From an uncultured bacterium (lineage in GTDB: Bacteria; Gemmatimonadota; Gemmatimonadetes; Gemmatimonadales; Gemmatimonadaceae), in assembly GCA_963978095.1 (NCBI GenBank), contig CAXBQP010000002.1, forward strand, positions 81,733 to 145,732: a stretch of 64,000 bases of DNA, given 5' to 3'. The notes under the pieces are model-generated. The model was not told where the DNA came from and did no database searches. It worked only from the letters and a program-made list of their open reading frames with translations. Both the position numbers and the translations under genes were made by a program. Below, one piece after another: positions 48,118 through 58,089 of this stretch; position 1 is the first letter of the stretch; every line of letters starts with the position of its first letter.

Positions 48118-49959
48118 ATGACCGACGCCTCGCCGCCGACCTCCGTCGCACCTCCATCGACGCCCGGTACGCTCAACGCGCTCTTCTTCTTCGGGCTCGA
48201 TACCTTCAGCCGCCAGGATGCCTACCAGGTCCGGCGTGACGGGCGCTATCACTCGATCAGCCACGCGGAGGTGCTGCTCCGGGTACGTCGCGTGGCACTC
48301 GGCCTGCGTGACCTCGGACTCGCCCGCGGCGATCGGGTTGCGATTCTGTCGGAAAACCGCCCCGAGTGGGCGTTCGCCGACTGGGCTTGTCTCTCGCTGG
48401 GAATGGCCGACGTGCCGGTCTACCCGACACTGCCGGCGGACCAAGTCACGCACATCCTGCGCGACTCGGGCGCAGTCGCGATCTTCGTCTCGAATCAGGA
48501 CCAGGCGGCAAAAGTCGCGTCGATTCGCGCCGAGCTCCCCGGGCTGAAGTACGTCATCACCTTCTTGCCTGCGTTGGCCGTGGGCACCGATCTGACGCTC
48601 GCGTCCATCGAGGCACGCGGGGCCGCGTTGGATTCCCCCGAGCACGCCGCGGCGTGGAAGGCCGACGCGCTCACGGTGGCGCCGGATGACCTCGCGACGC
48701 TCATCTACACGTCGGGGACGACCGGTCTGCCGAAAGGCGTGATGCTCACGCACCGCAACCTGACGTCGAACGTCATCGAAAGCCGCACCAAGATCCCTTT
48801 TTCCGGGCACGATGTGGCCCTCTCGTTCTTGCCGCTCTCGCATGTCTTCGAGCGGATGGGGGATTACCTGTTCTGGGCCACCGGGACGTCGATCGCGTAC
48901 GCCGAGAGCATCGATACGGTGCCGCTCAACCTGCAGGAGGTGCGTCCGACGTTCTGCATGTCCGTCCCGCGGTTGTACGAGAAGATGTACGCCCGGATCC
49001 TCGAAAATGCGTTGGCCGGCGGTGGGCTCAAGAAGCGGATCTTCTTTTGGGCGCGCTCCGTGGCTGAGCGGTGGGCGGACGAAAAGCTCGCGGGTCGCGA
49101 ACCATTCGGGATGTTGGCGTGGCAGTATGCGCTCGCGCAGACGCTCGTGTTCAGCAAGCTCCTCGCACGGACCGGCGGACGCCTGCGCTTCTTCGTCTCC
49201 GGCGGCGCGCCGCTCGCCCCGGAGATCAACAAGTTCTTCTACGCGGCGGGACTGGTGATTCTCGAGGGGTACGGGCTGACCGAGACATCGCCGGTGATCG
49301 CCGTCAACACCCCGGACGCCTTCCGGATCGGGACCGTCGGCAAACCGATCGACGGCGTGGAGGTCCGCATCGCCACCGATGGAGAAATCCTCACGCGCGG
49401 CCCCCACGTGATGCGCGGGTACTACAACAATCCGGTCGCGACGGCGGAGGCGATCGACGCTGATGGCTGGTTCCACACCGGGGACATCGGGGTGCTGGAG
49501 GAGGGATTCCTCCGCATCACGGACCGCAAGAAGGACATCATCGTGACCGCCGGCGGCAAGAACATCGCGCCCCAGCCGATCGAGAACAAGATCAAGACCA
49601 ACAAGTACATCAGCCAAGCCGTGATGATCGGCGACAAGCGCAAGTTCCCGGTGCTGCTCGTGGTGCCGAACTTCGATCAGCTCGAGCCGTGGGCCGGCCG
49701 CAAGAACATCATCTGGACCGATCGTGCACAGCTGCTCACCATGCCGACGGTCAAGGCCAAGATCGAGAAGGAAGTGGCCAAGGAAACGGAAGGGCTCGCG
49801 CGGTACGAGACGCCCAAGAAGATCGCCCTGCTCGAACACGATTTCTCCGTGGAGCGCGGGGAACTGACCCCGACGCTCAAGGTCAAGCGCCGCGTGATCG
49901 ACCGTGACTACAAGCCGCTCATTGATGCCCTGTACGCGGAGCCGCACGCCGGGGAATGA
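48118..49959 (+). CDS. Long-chain fatty acid--CoA ligase
   Basis: YTSGTTGLPKG, EGYGLTE, WFHTGDIG, TPTLKVKR. Confidence 0.95.
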   Translation: MTDASPPTSVAPPSTPGTLNALFFFGLDTFSRQDAYQVRRDGRYHSISHAEVLLRVRRVALGLRDLGLARGDRVAILSENRPEWAFADWACLSLGMADVPVYPTLPADQVTHILRDSGAVAIFVSNQDQAAKVASIRAELPGLKYVITFLPALAVGTDLTLASIEARGAALDSPEHAAAWKADALTVAPDDLATLIYTSGTTGLPKGVMLTHRNLTSNVIESRTKIPFSGHDVALSFLPLSHVFERMGDYLFWATGTSIAYAESIDTVPLNLQEVRPTFCMSVPRLYEKMYARILENALAGGGLKKRIFFWARSVAERWADEKLAGREPFGMLAWQYALAQTLVFSKLLARTGGRLRFFVSGGAPLAPEINKFFYAAGLVILEGYGLTETSPVIAVNTPDAFRIGTVGKPIDGVEVRIATDGEILTRGPHVMRGYYNNPVATAEAIDADGWFHTGDIGVLEEGFLRITDRKKDIIVTAGGKNIAPQPIENKIKTNKYISQAVMIGDKRKFPVLLVVPNFDQLEPWAGRKNIIWTDRAQLLTMPTVKAKIEKEVAKETEGLARYETPKKIALLEHDFSVERGELTPTLKVKRRVIDRDYKPLIDALYAEPHAGE

Positions 49960-50578
49960 CGAGCGCGGCCGCATCGAACGCGGCCACCTTCTGCGCCACC
50001 CACTGGTCCGCGTCGCGGGCGATCTCTTCCATGCCGTCCGGTCGCGCGGTGGCGACGGGGGCCACGAGACGTCCGCCCTGCACCAGGGCTGCGGCGGCAG
50101 CGATGGCGAACGCCGACGAGGCGCGATCGATGGCGACGCCCCGCACACTGCCTCGCGCGAGCGGCAGCTGATCCCCAGCGCCGCGGATCGTGGCGTCGGC
50201 CTCGACGCCAGGCGGCGGCGAGAGGAGGATCCACCGCGCGGTATCGAAGGGATTCAACTGGGAGACGGCCGTTGCCAGGGCGCCATCCAGCACATACAGC
50301 CCGCCGCGCTCATCCACATTGAGCAACGCGGCGAGTCGCAACGCGGCGGGTCGCAACGCGGTGCCGGCATCCGGCACGAACGCTGCGGGGCGGCAGGCGG
50401 GTTCGTCATCGCCCATCCATACGTCACCCGCAGACACCCGGAACTCTCGACGGCAGACCGGGCAGCCGAGCGTTCCCTCCAGGATTCGTCGGTCGATGGA
50501 CCGATCCGCGTGCGCCACCAGCCACGAATCGGCGTGCGGCGCCGTGCAGCGCAGCCGATCGATCAGCTCGACGTGCAT
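49919..50578 (-). CDS. Hypothetical protein: Trm112-like N-terminus plus a degenerate Rossmann/methyltransferase-like part
   Basis: MHVELIDRLRC...EGTLGCPVCRREF; DQLPLARGSV, LVQGGRLV; 3' end overlaps the ligase by 41 bp. Confidence 0.6.
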   Translation of the reverse strand: MHVELIDRLRCTAPHADSWLVAHADRSIDRRILEGTLGCPVCRREFRVSAGDVWMGDDEPACRPAAFVPDAGTALRPAALRLAALLNVDERGGLYVLDGALATAVSQLNPFDTARWILLSPPPGVEADATIRGAGDQLPLARGSVRGVAIDRASSAFAIAAAAALVQGGRLVAPVATARPDGMEEIARDADQWVAQKVAAFDAAALVIPRRAAPRTGHQ

Positions 50579-50582
50579 CGGC

Positions 50583-51308
50583 TCAACTCCGCGAGAGCCG
50601 CAACTCGTCGATGTTGACCGTTGCGGGTTGCGTGACCGCAAAGAGCACGGCGCGCGCGACATCGTCCGCGTGGAGCATCTGATCACGATTGGGGAGATCG
50701 CTGCGCGCGTCGGGATCGAGGAGATCCCACAGGGCGGTGTCCGTGGGGCCCGGTGACACCAGCGTGGCCCGTACGCCGCTCCCGCGGGTCTCGAGGCGCA
50801 GGACCTCGTGCATGGCACGGGCGCCGAACTTCGTCGCGGCGTACGCACCGTTCTCCGGGAAGGCGGTGCGGTCTGCCACCGACCCGATCGTCACGATATG
50901 TCCCGCGCCGGCCGCCCGCATCGCCGGCAGCAGCCCTCGCATGAACCGGAACGGGGCCACGAGATTGGCGGCGATCGCTTCGGACAGTTGGGTATCCGTG
51001 AGTTCGTGCATCGGCGCAAAGGGGAAGACCCCGGCGCAGTTCACCAACAGTGTCGGACTCCCGTCCAACCGGCGCGGCAGCTCGGTGAGCACCGCCGCGA
51101 CGGCCGCCGCATCGGTCAGATCACAGGGAACCGAGACACCATGGCGCCCGATGGACCCGGCGATCCGATCCAAGGCTTCCTTGCCTCGCGCCACCAGCGC
51201 CACCCTGGCGCCAGCGCCAGCGAGCGCACGGGCAATCGCCTCGCCGACCCCACGCGAGGCGCCCGTGACGACCGCCCGCGTCCCCACGAGCGGCGCGTGA
51301 TGTGTCAC
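50583..51308 (-). CDS. Short-chain dehydrogenase/reductase (NADP-type)
   Basis: [16 protein letters not shown], catalytic S...YAATK, PG; GTGA overlap with folE. Confidence 0.92.
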   Translation of the reverse strand: MTHHAPLVGTRAVVTGASRGVGEAIARALAGAGARVALVARGKEALDRIAGSIGRHGVSVPCDLTDAAAVAAVLTELPRRLDGSPTLLVNCAGVFPFAPMHELTDTQLSEAIAANLVAPFRFMRGLLPAMRAAGAGHIVTIGSVADRTAFPENGAYAATKFGARAMHEVLRLETRGSGVRATLVSPGPTDTALWDLLDPDARSDLPNRDQMLHADDVARAVLFAVTQPATVNIDELRLSRS

Positions 51309-51961
51309 CGCAGAGGGGACGACGGCCCGTGGGCCAAGCGGAGGAACTCGTCGCGGGTCATCGCATCGTCGCGGAAGTTGCCCCGCAGCGCGGACGTGAG
51401 GGTCTTGGAGTTCTGCTTCTCGACGCCGCGCATCATCATGCAGAGGTGATACGCCTCGATCACGACGCCGACGCCCATCGGCTGCAGCACATCCTCGACG
51501 GCCGTGGCGATCTGTTCCGTCAATCGCTCCTGCACCTGCAGCCGACGCGAGAAGATCTCCACGATGCGCGGCAGCTTGGAGAGCCCCACGATGTGACCGT
51601 TCGGGATGTAGGCGATGTGCGCCTTGCCGAAGAACGGGAGCATGTGGTGCTCGCACATCGAGTAGAGTTCGATGTCCCGCACCATCACCATCGAATGGTG
51701 CTCCTCCTCGAACACCGCATCGCCGACGACCTCGAGCACGTCCATCTCATAGCCGCGGGTGAGCCAGGTCATCGCCTTGGCGACGCGGGCCGGGGTCTTC
51801 ACGAGGCCTTCGCGCTGCGGATTCTCGCCGAGCAGTTCGAGCTCGCGCTGGATCAGCGTCTCGAACTCGAGCAAGCGATCGCCACCGCCCTCACGCCCCG
51901 CCTCGAAGGGATCGTCCACGGCATCGACGCGCCGGGGGGGGCGCTTTGATTCACCGCCCAT
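51305..51961 (-). CDS. folE: GTP cyclohydrolase I
   Basis: [48 protein letters not shown]. Confidence 0.97.
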   Translation of the reverse strand: MGGESKRPPRRVDAVDDPFEAGREGGGDRLLEFETLIQRELELLGENPQREGLVKTPARVAKAMTWLTRGYEMDVLEVVGDAVFEEEHHSMVMVRDIELYSMCEHHMLPFFGKAHIAYIPNGHIVGLSKLPRIVEIFSRRLQVQERLTEQIATAVEDVLQPMGVGVVIEAYHLCMMMRGVEKQNSKTLTSALRGNFRDDAMTRDEFLRLAHGPSSPLR

Positions 51962-52364
51962 CGTACTCGACATAGTTGTTCTCCGTTTCCCACAGACGAA
52001 GCCGTGACAGACGGCCTGGCCGCAAGGCGGGCTCCAAGCGCCGCCAACATGCCAGAATAATGTTCTCTGAGGTCGGATTGGTTCCCTGCAGGAAGGGGAC
52101 CTCGAGGTTCAGGTTCCGGTGATCGACGTGCGACACGAACTCGGCTTCGACGATCCGCTTGACCTCCCCAAGGTCCACGACGTACCCCGTGCGCGGGTCC
52201 GGCTCGCCAGTCACAGATACTTCCAAAACGTAGTTGTGACCGTGCCAGTTCGGATTGTTGCACTTTCCGAACAGCCGGGTGTTCTCCTCATCGCTCAGCG
52301 CGGGGTTGTGCACCCGATGCGCGGCGTTGAAGGTGAGGCGACGCGTGACGGTGACGGCGGGCAT
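51951..52364 (-). CDS. 6-pyruvoyl-tetrahydropterin synthase family protein (C-X5-HGH type)
   Basis: [52 protein letters not shown]. Confidence 0.93.
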   Translation of the reverse strand: MPAVTVTRRLTFNAAHRVHNPALSDEENTRLFGKCNNPNWHGHNYVLEVSVTGEPDPRTGYVVDLGEVKRIVEAEFVSHVDHRNLNLEVPFLQGTNPTSENIILACWRRLEPALRPGRLSRLRLWETENNYVEYDGR

Positions 52365-52378
52365 GGCTGAAGCTTACC

Positions 52379-52981
52379 TCAGCGGCGCCCGGAGAGCCAC
52401 TTCGCCACCAATGCGCCACCGAGGAACCCTCCGAGGTGTTCTTGCCAGCTGATCCCGGGCTGCCCCGGCAACACGCCGAAGACGAGTCCGCCCCAGAGGA
52501 ATGTGACGGCACCGCTGACCACAATGGTCCCGAGACTGCGGGCGAACCATCCGCCGAGCATCAGGAATCCGAAGTAGCCGAAGATCACGCCGCTCGCCCC
52601 GATGTGTACGCTGCCTGGCACGCCAAGCAGCCACGCCACGAGGCCGCCGACGATGGTCGCCGTGACCGTGACCCAGACGAAATGGCGGGTGCTCCGCAAC
52701 AACACGAGCCAGCCGAGGACGACGAAGGACGCGGAGTTGGCAACCAGATGCGCGAGATTCGCGTGCAGGAACGGGGCGGCGAAGATTCCCCAGAGTCCCC
52801 GTTCCGTCCACGGTTGCACGCCGAAGACATCCAGCGCATGGCCCAGCAGGGCATCGAGGCCGAAGACACCCCACATCACCGCGAGCGACCCGCCCAGCAC
52901 CTGCACATGCTGGGTCACCGCGCCCGTTGTAGAGCGCCACAGACCGGGGGACCGGGGAGCGCGGCGGGTTTGCAGAGCCAT
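52379..52981 (-). CDS. Rhomboid family intramembrane serine protease
   Basis: FLHANLAHLVAN, HIGASG, ISWQEHLGG. Confidence 0.93.
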   Translation of the reverse strand: MALQTRRAPRSPGLWRSTTGAVTQHVQVLGGSLAVMWGVFGLDALLGHALDVFGVQPWTERGLWGIFAAPFLHANLAHLVANSASFVVLGWLVLLRSTRHFVWVTVTATIVGGLVAWLLGVPGSVHIGASGVIFGYFGFLMLGGWFARSLGTIVVSGAVTFLWGGLVFGVLPGQPGISWQEHLGGFLGGALVAKWLSGRR

Positions 52982-53012
52982 GGACGCACGATGGTAGAAT
53001 GGTGGGACAAAC

Positions 53013-53044
53013 GAAAGCCCCGCCGTCACTGACGGCGGGGCTTC
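53013..53044 (-). terminator. Intrinsic terminator of the minus-strand ncRNA
   Basis: Perfect stem GCCCCGCCGTC/GACGGCGGGGC followed on the minus strand by TTTCGTTTGT. Confidence 0.85.
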
Positions 53045-53063
53045 TGTTCCGCGAAGCTGGGAT

Positions 53064-53227
53064 CACAGGAGGTGGAACGAAGAGGGGTTTTTGAAGCCCT
53101 GTCGAATGTATGAGGTCCTCACCCAGCTTTCCGCCTTCCCGCCGTGCGGGCATGGCGTCAACCAAGATATCGAACCCACTCGGAGGACTTATCGGCTCAA
53201 AAGTTATTCCTCTTCGCCCCTACTGTG
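53064..53227 (-). ncRNA. ssrS: Probable 6S RNA
   Basis: About 165-nt rod: CACAG/CTGTG and CGAAGAGG/CCTCTTCG closing stems, TTTTGAGCC/GGCTTCAAAA (resembles the 6S TTGAACC/GGTTCAA helix), central bubble, GTCCTC/GAGGAC inner stem; flanked by a promoter and a terminator. Confidence 0.75.
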
Positions 53228-53231
53228 CGGG

Positions 53232-53260
53232 AATGTAGGATGCGGTATCTTTCGCGTCAA
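53232..53260 (-). promoter_or_regulatory. Sigma70-type promoter of the ncRNA
   Basis: TTGACG-17 bp-TACATT; predicted +1 coincides with the 5' end of the rod (about 53226). Confidence 0.75.
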
Positions 53261-53290
53261 CGCACCAAACCCCTACAGGAGTCGGACCCG

Positions 53291-53461
53291 ATGGACGTGG
53301 GCATCATCGCAGCGATCGGCATGCTCATCCTCTGGGGCGTGGGCACCTTCGCGCTCGAGGCGCCAGGGTACATCCACATCCTGCTGACGGGCGGCGTCTT
53401 TCTGCTCGTTTGGCGCATCGTCAAGCGGCAGGATGACACCGCCGCGACGTCCCGCCGCTAG
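53291..53461 (+). CDS. Small membrane protein (lmo0937/DUF5670-like)
   Basis: 56 aa MDVGIIAAIGMLILWGVG...GYIHILL; AGGAG SD upstream. Confidence 0.7.
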   Translation: MDVGIIAAIGMLILWGVGTFALEAPGYIHILLTGGVFLLVWRIVKRQDDTAATSRR

Positions 53462-54432
53462 ATCTCCCAGTTCGAGATGAGCAGCCCGGCGGCGGGCGCG
53501 CGCTCCTCGTAGTCGCTCAGCGACATCCGGAGGTCGGTCCACCGCACGCGCGCGCCGACCTCGATCAACGTCCGGAAGGTGCGGGCGTGCTCGCTCTGCA
53601 CGCGGATCGCGGCCCGCACGGCGCCGCTCCGCCGCGCATAGTCCGCGAGCAGGGGCAACAAATCCATCAGCGCGGCCTCATCCTGAAGCACGATCTTCAG
53701 CACCCGTAGCTCGTCGCGCGCGCGCCCTTCGACCAGTGACGTGCTGTGGCACAGTGCGAATCCCACGAGGCGCCCATCTTCGTGCACGAGGATCGTGTCG
53801 CCGAGGCCGAGTGCGGCGGTGAGGCGCAGTTCGCGCGTGTAGTCGTAACCCGCCTGCACGCGGCCGGCGAGGGCGGCACAGGCCGCAATCGCACGCTCGC
53901 GCTCGGCGGGCTCGAGGGCCGAGAGCAACATCGGGGCACGGAGCGATGGCGAGGCTTCCAGCGTCATCGTGAGCGTGAGGCGGCCGGGCACGAATCCCAA
54001 TGACGCGTAGAACCCGATGTTGTCCATCGTTCGGGGCATGGTCTCCAGCCCGATGACGCGACACCCCGACGCCTTCAAGTGGTCGATCGCGGCCTGCACG
54101 ATCAGCTTGCCGTATCCGAGCCCTTGGCTCTCCTCACGGACCGCGAGCGGACCCATCCATCCTTCGCCGCCGGAGTGGTGCGCGAGGTTGAAGGCGACGA
54201 TCCCGCCGCGCGAGTCGCGCCAGAGCATGGCACCCGCGTCGGCATTCTCGATCGCGTAGCGCCAGATCGCGGGGTTCAAGGGCGGCACGCGCACGCCCAC
54301 CAAGCCGTCGCGTCGATAGCGATCGGTGAAGGCCTCGCTGAACATCACGTTGAGAGGCCCGATATCCTGCTCGAGGATCGGGAACGGGCCGTGGAGTTGG
54401 CCTTTCACATGCGTGTCCGGCTGCATGGCCAT
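53458..54432 (-). CDS. Tandem GNAT-fold acetyltransferase
   Basis: GPLAVREESQGLGYGK, FYASLGF; second GNAT-like half; TGATG overlap with the SMC gene. Confidence 0.85.
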   Translation of the reverse strand: MAMQPDTHVKGQLHGPFPILEQDIGPLNVMFSEAFTDRYRRDGLVGVRVPPLNPAIWRYAIENADAGAMLWRDSRGGIVAFNLAHHSGGEGWMGPLAVREESQGLGYGKLIVQAAIDHLKASGCRVIGLETMPRTMDNIGFYASLGFVPGRLTLTMTLEASPSLRAPMLLSALEPAERERAIAACAALAGRVQAGYDYTRELRLTAALGLGDTILVHEDGRLVGFALCHSTSLVEGRARDELRVLKIVLQDEAALMDLLPLLADYARRSGAVRAAIRVQSEHARTFRTLIEVGARVRWTDLRMSLSDYEERAPAAGLLISNWEI

Positions 54433-56858
54433 CAGAGCGCCTCGACGCCGACCGGCGCCGAGGCGCCGCGTCGCACCGTCGCCGCCCCGCTGTTCGGATC
54501 GAAGGTCACCTCGATGACCTGATCGAGCCCGTCCCGGACACCCTCGATGTGCGTGATCAGGATGACCTGCTCGAAGCGGTCCTGGAGTCCGCGCAAGAGC
54601 TCGACGACATTCTGGCGTCGCGTGTCGTCCAGCGATCCGAAGATCTCGTCGAGCACCAGCAGCGAGAACGACTGCCCGGCCCGCTCGGCGATCATCTGCG
54701 AGATCGCGAGCCGCAGCACGAGATTCGCGAGATCCTCCTCTCCCCCCGAGATCACCGGTTTCGGGATGCCGTCCTCGAGGACGACGATCCGGTATTTGTC
54801 ATCGAGTTCGACTTCGGTGTAGCGCGCGTCGGTGAGTTCGGTCAGGAACGCGCTTGCCAACTCCGACAACTCGGGACGCAACTGGAGATTCAGCTCGGTG
54901 CGCAGATCGGCGTACGCGCGATGCAGTTCGTCGTGCATGCGCTTGTCGGCCTCGCGTTCGGCGAGCTGCGCCTCGATCTGCAGCAGCTCCGCTCGCGTCG
55001 CCGTCGCGCGAGCCAGCGCCTCTGAGGCCATGGTGGCCGCGCCCTGCGCGCCCACGGTGTCGAGCGCGGCCGTGCGGCAGGCATTGTCGGCGACGCGATA
55101 TGCGTCCTTGAGCGCGGTGAACTCCTCCTCGGTACCCGGAACGTCGCGGCGTCGACGGACGATGTCCTCGCGGCGCGCGTCGAGGTCCGCGATCTGCCGC
55201 GCGATGCCGTCCTGCTCACGCTTACAGGAGGATTCCCGATCCACCTGAAGGGACAGCCGATTCGCCTGCGTGGACAGCTCGGCCAGAGCCTCGAACCGCT
55301 GCTCGAGCACCTGATGGGCCACGGCATCGTACCCGCCGGGAATCGCCTCCAGTTGCTGCAACAGGGCTTGGTGGCGCAGTTCCTTGGTCGCGATCTCACG
55401 CCCCAGGCGCTCCAGCTGCGCCACCGCCGCTTGCACGCGTACCAGCTTCTTTTCCAGCGCGGCATGTTCCACCTGCAGCACTTTGCGGCGCTCGTCGAGC
55501 GCCGCGAGCTCGGGCGGCATGTCCTCCAGCTGCTCGAGGCGGCTCTTGAAATAGCCACCATCCGTAGCGACCGTTTCCACCTGACCATCGAGCAGGTCCA
55601 GGACTTGGCGATAGTGGTCACCCAGTGGCCGCTGGCAGGTGGGACAGGTACCCTGCTCCCCGAGGTCGACGAGCCGCTCGCGCTGGTCACGCAGCTCGGC
55701 ATACTGCGCACGCAGCGCGTTGCGCTTGGTTTCCGCCTCTTGCCGGTCCCGTACCCATTCAGTGCGCCGCAGCTCGAGGAAGCCTTGGGCGTCCTCGAGT
55801 TCCCTGGCCTTGGCTTCGAGCGCCAGGACGGTTTCCTCCTCGAGGATCGGCGCCGTGGAATAGCGTTCGCGCTCCTGCCGCGCCGCCGACAGCTCGGCCT
55901 GCAGTTCGGACTCCTGTGTACTGAGCACCGCACGCTGCAGGTGCTGTGCTTCGAGGGCTTTGACCGCGGCGAGCTGCTCGCGGACGACGGCGAATGGCTG
56001 GAGTTCCACGAGCAGTGGTGCCAAGGCCGCGCGCGCGGTGGCAACGGCCACCAACTCGCGCGCCATCCGATCGGCATTCTCCCGCAGCGACTGCAGTTGG
56101 GAATCCGCCACCCGAAGATCCGCGTCCAACTGCTGCTGCGTCTCGCGCTGGCGTTGCGCCTCGATCCAGCGTGGCGCGATCGCATCATACGCGCTCTGCG
56201 CCGTCGCGCGCTGCAACTCGGCCACCGCGAGCCGCTCGTGCGCGCGCGCCAACGCTGCCTCGGCCTCCGACACCTGTTTAGCCACGATCGCCGGATCGGG
56301 CATGCCCAGCCGGATGCCCGCGATGATGCTGCGGAGATCGCGACGCCGATTCTCCACCAACTCTTGCGCGGCCCGAAGTTTCTCGTAGCCCAGCACGCGG
56401 GAGAGGAACTGCCCACGTTCTGCGGCCGTGAGCGACGCCATCACCGTCAGCTCCTTCTGTCCGGTGAAATAGGTATTGAAGAACTCGCTCCGGCTCATCC
56501 CGAGTCGCCGCTGCAGCACGTCGCCCACCGCGGTCGCCGAGTTCGCGATGGCCTGGTCGCCACCATCGAGGTAGAGCTCGGCCATTGTGAGTCCGCGAAC
56601 CACGCGATACCGATGTCCCCCGAGCTCGAACTCCAGTTCCACGCGCACCTGGGCGCGCGCCGCTGCCCGCACGAAGCGGATGGAGTCCTTGCCGCCGCGG
56701 GCGGTATCACCGCCGTACAGCGCCCACGCCACCGCCTCGAGAATGGTGGACTTCCCCGCGCCATTCGGACCGATGATCCCCGTGAGCCCACGCTCGAAAT
56801 CGATCGTGGTGTCCGCGTGCTGGCGGAAGTTGACGAGCCGGATGCGAGAGAGCTTCAT
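54432..56858 (-). CDS. sbcC: Rad50/SbcC SMC-family ATPase
   Basis: GPNGAGKST, Q-loop, coiled coils with a central CPTC zinc hook, SGGE signature, LVLDEIFGSLD, ITH. Confidence 0.93.
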   Translation of the reverse strand: MKLSRIRLVNFRQHADTTIDFERGLTGIIGPNGAGKSTILEAVAWALYGGDTARGGKDSIRFVRAAARAQVRVELEFELGGHRYRVVRGLTMAELYLDGGDQAIANSATAVGDVLQRRLGMSRSEFFNTYFTGQKELTVMASLTAAERGQFLSRVLGYEKLRAAQELVENRRRDLRSIIAGIRLGMPDPAIVAKQVSEAEAALARAHERLAVAELQRATAQSAYDAIAPRWIEAQRQRETQQQLDADLRVADSQLQSLRENADRMARELVAVATARAALAPLLVELQPFAVVREQLAAVKALEAQHLQRAVLSTQESELQAELSAARQERERYSTAPILEEETVLALEAKARELEDAQGFLELRRTEWVRDRQEAETKRNALRAQYAELRDQRERLVDLGEQGTCPTCQRPLGDHYRQVLDLLDGQVETVATDGGYFKSRLEQLEDMPPELAALDERRKVLQVEHAALEKKLVRVQAAVAQLERLGREIATKELRHQALLQQLEAIPGGYDAVAHQVLEQRFEALAELSTQANRLSLQVDRESSCKREQDGIARQIADLDARREDIVRRRRDVPGTEEEFTALKDAYRVADNACRTAALDTVGAQGAATMASEALARATATRAELLQIEAQLAEREADKRMHDELHRAYADLRTELNLQLRPELSELASAFLTELTDARYTEVELDDKYRIVVLEDGIPKPVISGGEEDLANLVLRLAISQMIAERAGQSFSLLVLDEIFGSLDDTRRQNVVELLRGLQDRFEQVILITHIEGVRDGLDQVIEVTFDPNSGAATVRRGASAPVGVEAL

Positions 56859-58045
56859 CCCTCCTCCACCGTGGAGGGGGCGTCGCGAACGACGCCGGCC
56901 TGCTCCGCCTCGTGCAGGTAGTGCATGCCGAGCCGCACCATGTCGTCGCGATCGATGTCGGAGGTCAGCTTCCGCGATCGCAGATGATCCGCGAGGAGCT
57001 CGTCAAGGGAGGGGCGGCGCCCCGGGGCCCCCGCCCCAACCTCACGGCGCAACACCTCGGGGCGCCGTGTATCGAGATGGAAATGCAACGCGCTCCGCTG
57101 ATACTCGCGCAGCGCCTTGTGGTCGAGTTCACGGGCCACATGGCGCGGCACATCACGTGCCACCAGACGGATCACCTTCTCGTGGATCCCGCCGTTCACC
57201 GCGCCGACGGCCGCCGCGATCGCCGCGTCGAGATCGGCGGACGACATCCCCCGCCCCTCGATCGGAGGGAGATCATGGAACTCGCGAAAGCGCTTGATCT
57301 TGTGCTGCCTTTGTCTGGCCGTCTCGAGGTCCCACTCGAGCAGCCACTTCCCGGGGAGCCGCTGCGCCTGCTCTTCCGCCAGCTCCCCCCACGGATTGGA
57401 ACTCGTGTACTCGATCGCGCCGGAGTAGAACGCCTTGGGCCCGACCTTCTTGTACACGTGATAGTCGCCGAGTGCGATGTAGTCCCACCGCGGGTCCTCG
57501 AGGACCGTGCGCGGGATCGTCAGCCCCACGCGTTCGGTGTGCCGCGGAATCGAATCCTCGACCTCGCCATGGACGAGCAGGACGTTGTAACGCGCGTTCG
57601 GATCCTGATCGAAATGGATGTCGTGCGGCGGAAGATCGGGAACGGCGAGCACCGACAGGGCGCCGTCGCGCAGCGTCAAGCGTTGCGGTTCGGTGTCCAC
57701 GACATGGATGCCGAGGGGACGGAAGAGCCGCAGGATGCAGGTCGTCTCGCTCGAGCGCGGCATGTCGTGGTTGCCGGCCACCATCACCACGTCCGTGCCG
57801 GGTAGCGCCTGCACCAGTCGCTGGAACTGCAGGAAGGCATGGATGATCGCCGGATTCGTCGGGCGGACGGTATGGAACACGTCCCCCGCGACCACGATCA
57901 GCTCGGGTTTCAAGGCGATGGCCTGCTCGACGAGGTGCCGGAACACGTCCGCAACGTCCGCCTCGCGCTGGTTGATGCCAGTCTGAGTCGTGCGCTGGAA
58001 CTGCCGGAAGCCGAGATGCAGGTCGGAGAGATGCAGGAGCCGCAC
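56855..58045 (-). CDS. sbcD: Mre11/SbcD metallophosphoesterase nuclease
   Basis: SDLHLG, AGDVFH, GNHD, VHGE, ALGDYH, YSG; ATGA overlap with sbcC. Confidence 0.92.
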   Translation of the reverse strand: MRLLHLSDLHLGFRQFQRTTQTGINQREADVADVFRHLVEQAIALKPELIVVAGDVFHTVRPTNPAIIHAFLQFQRLVQALPGTDVVMVAGNHDMPRSSETTCILRLFRPLGIHVVDTEPQRLTLRDGALSVLAVPDLPPHDIHFDQDPNARYNVLLVHGEVEDSIPRHTERVGLTIPRTVLEDPRWDYIALGDYHVYKKVGPKAFYSGAIEYTSSNPWGELAEEQAQRLPGKWLLEWDLETARQRQHKIKRFREFHDLPPIEGRGMSSADLDAAIAAAVGAVNGGIHEKVIRLVARDVPRHVARELDHKALREYQRSALHFHLDTRRPEVLRREVGAGAPGRRPSLDELLADHLRSRKLTSDIDRDDMVRLGMHYLHEAEQAGVVRDAPSTVEEG

Positions 58046-58089
58046 AGCCGTAATCTACGTGCGTTGCCGTCCGCACGTCACCGCATGCG

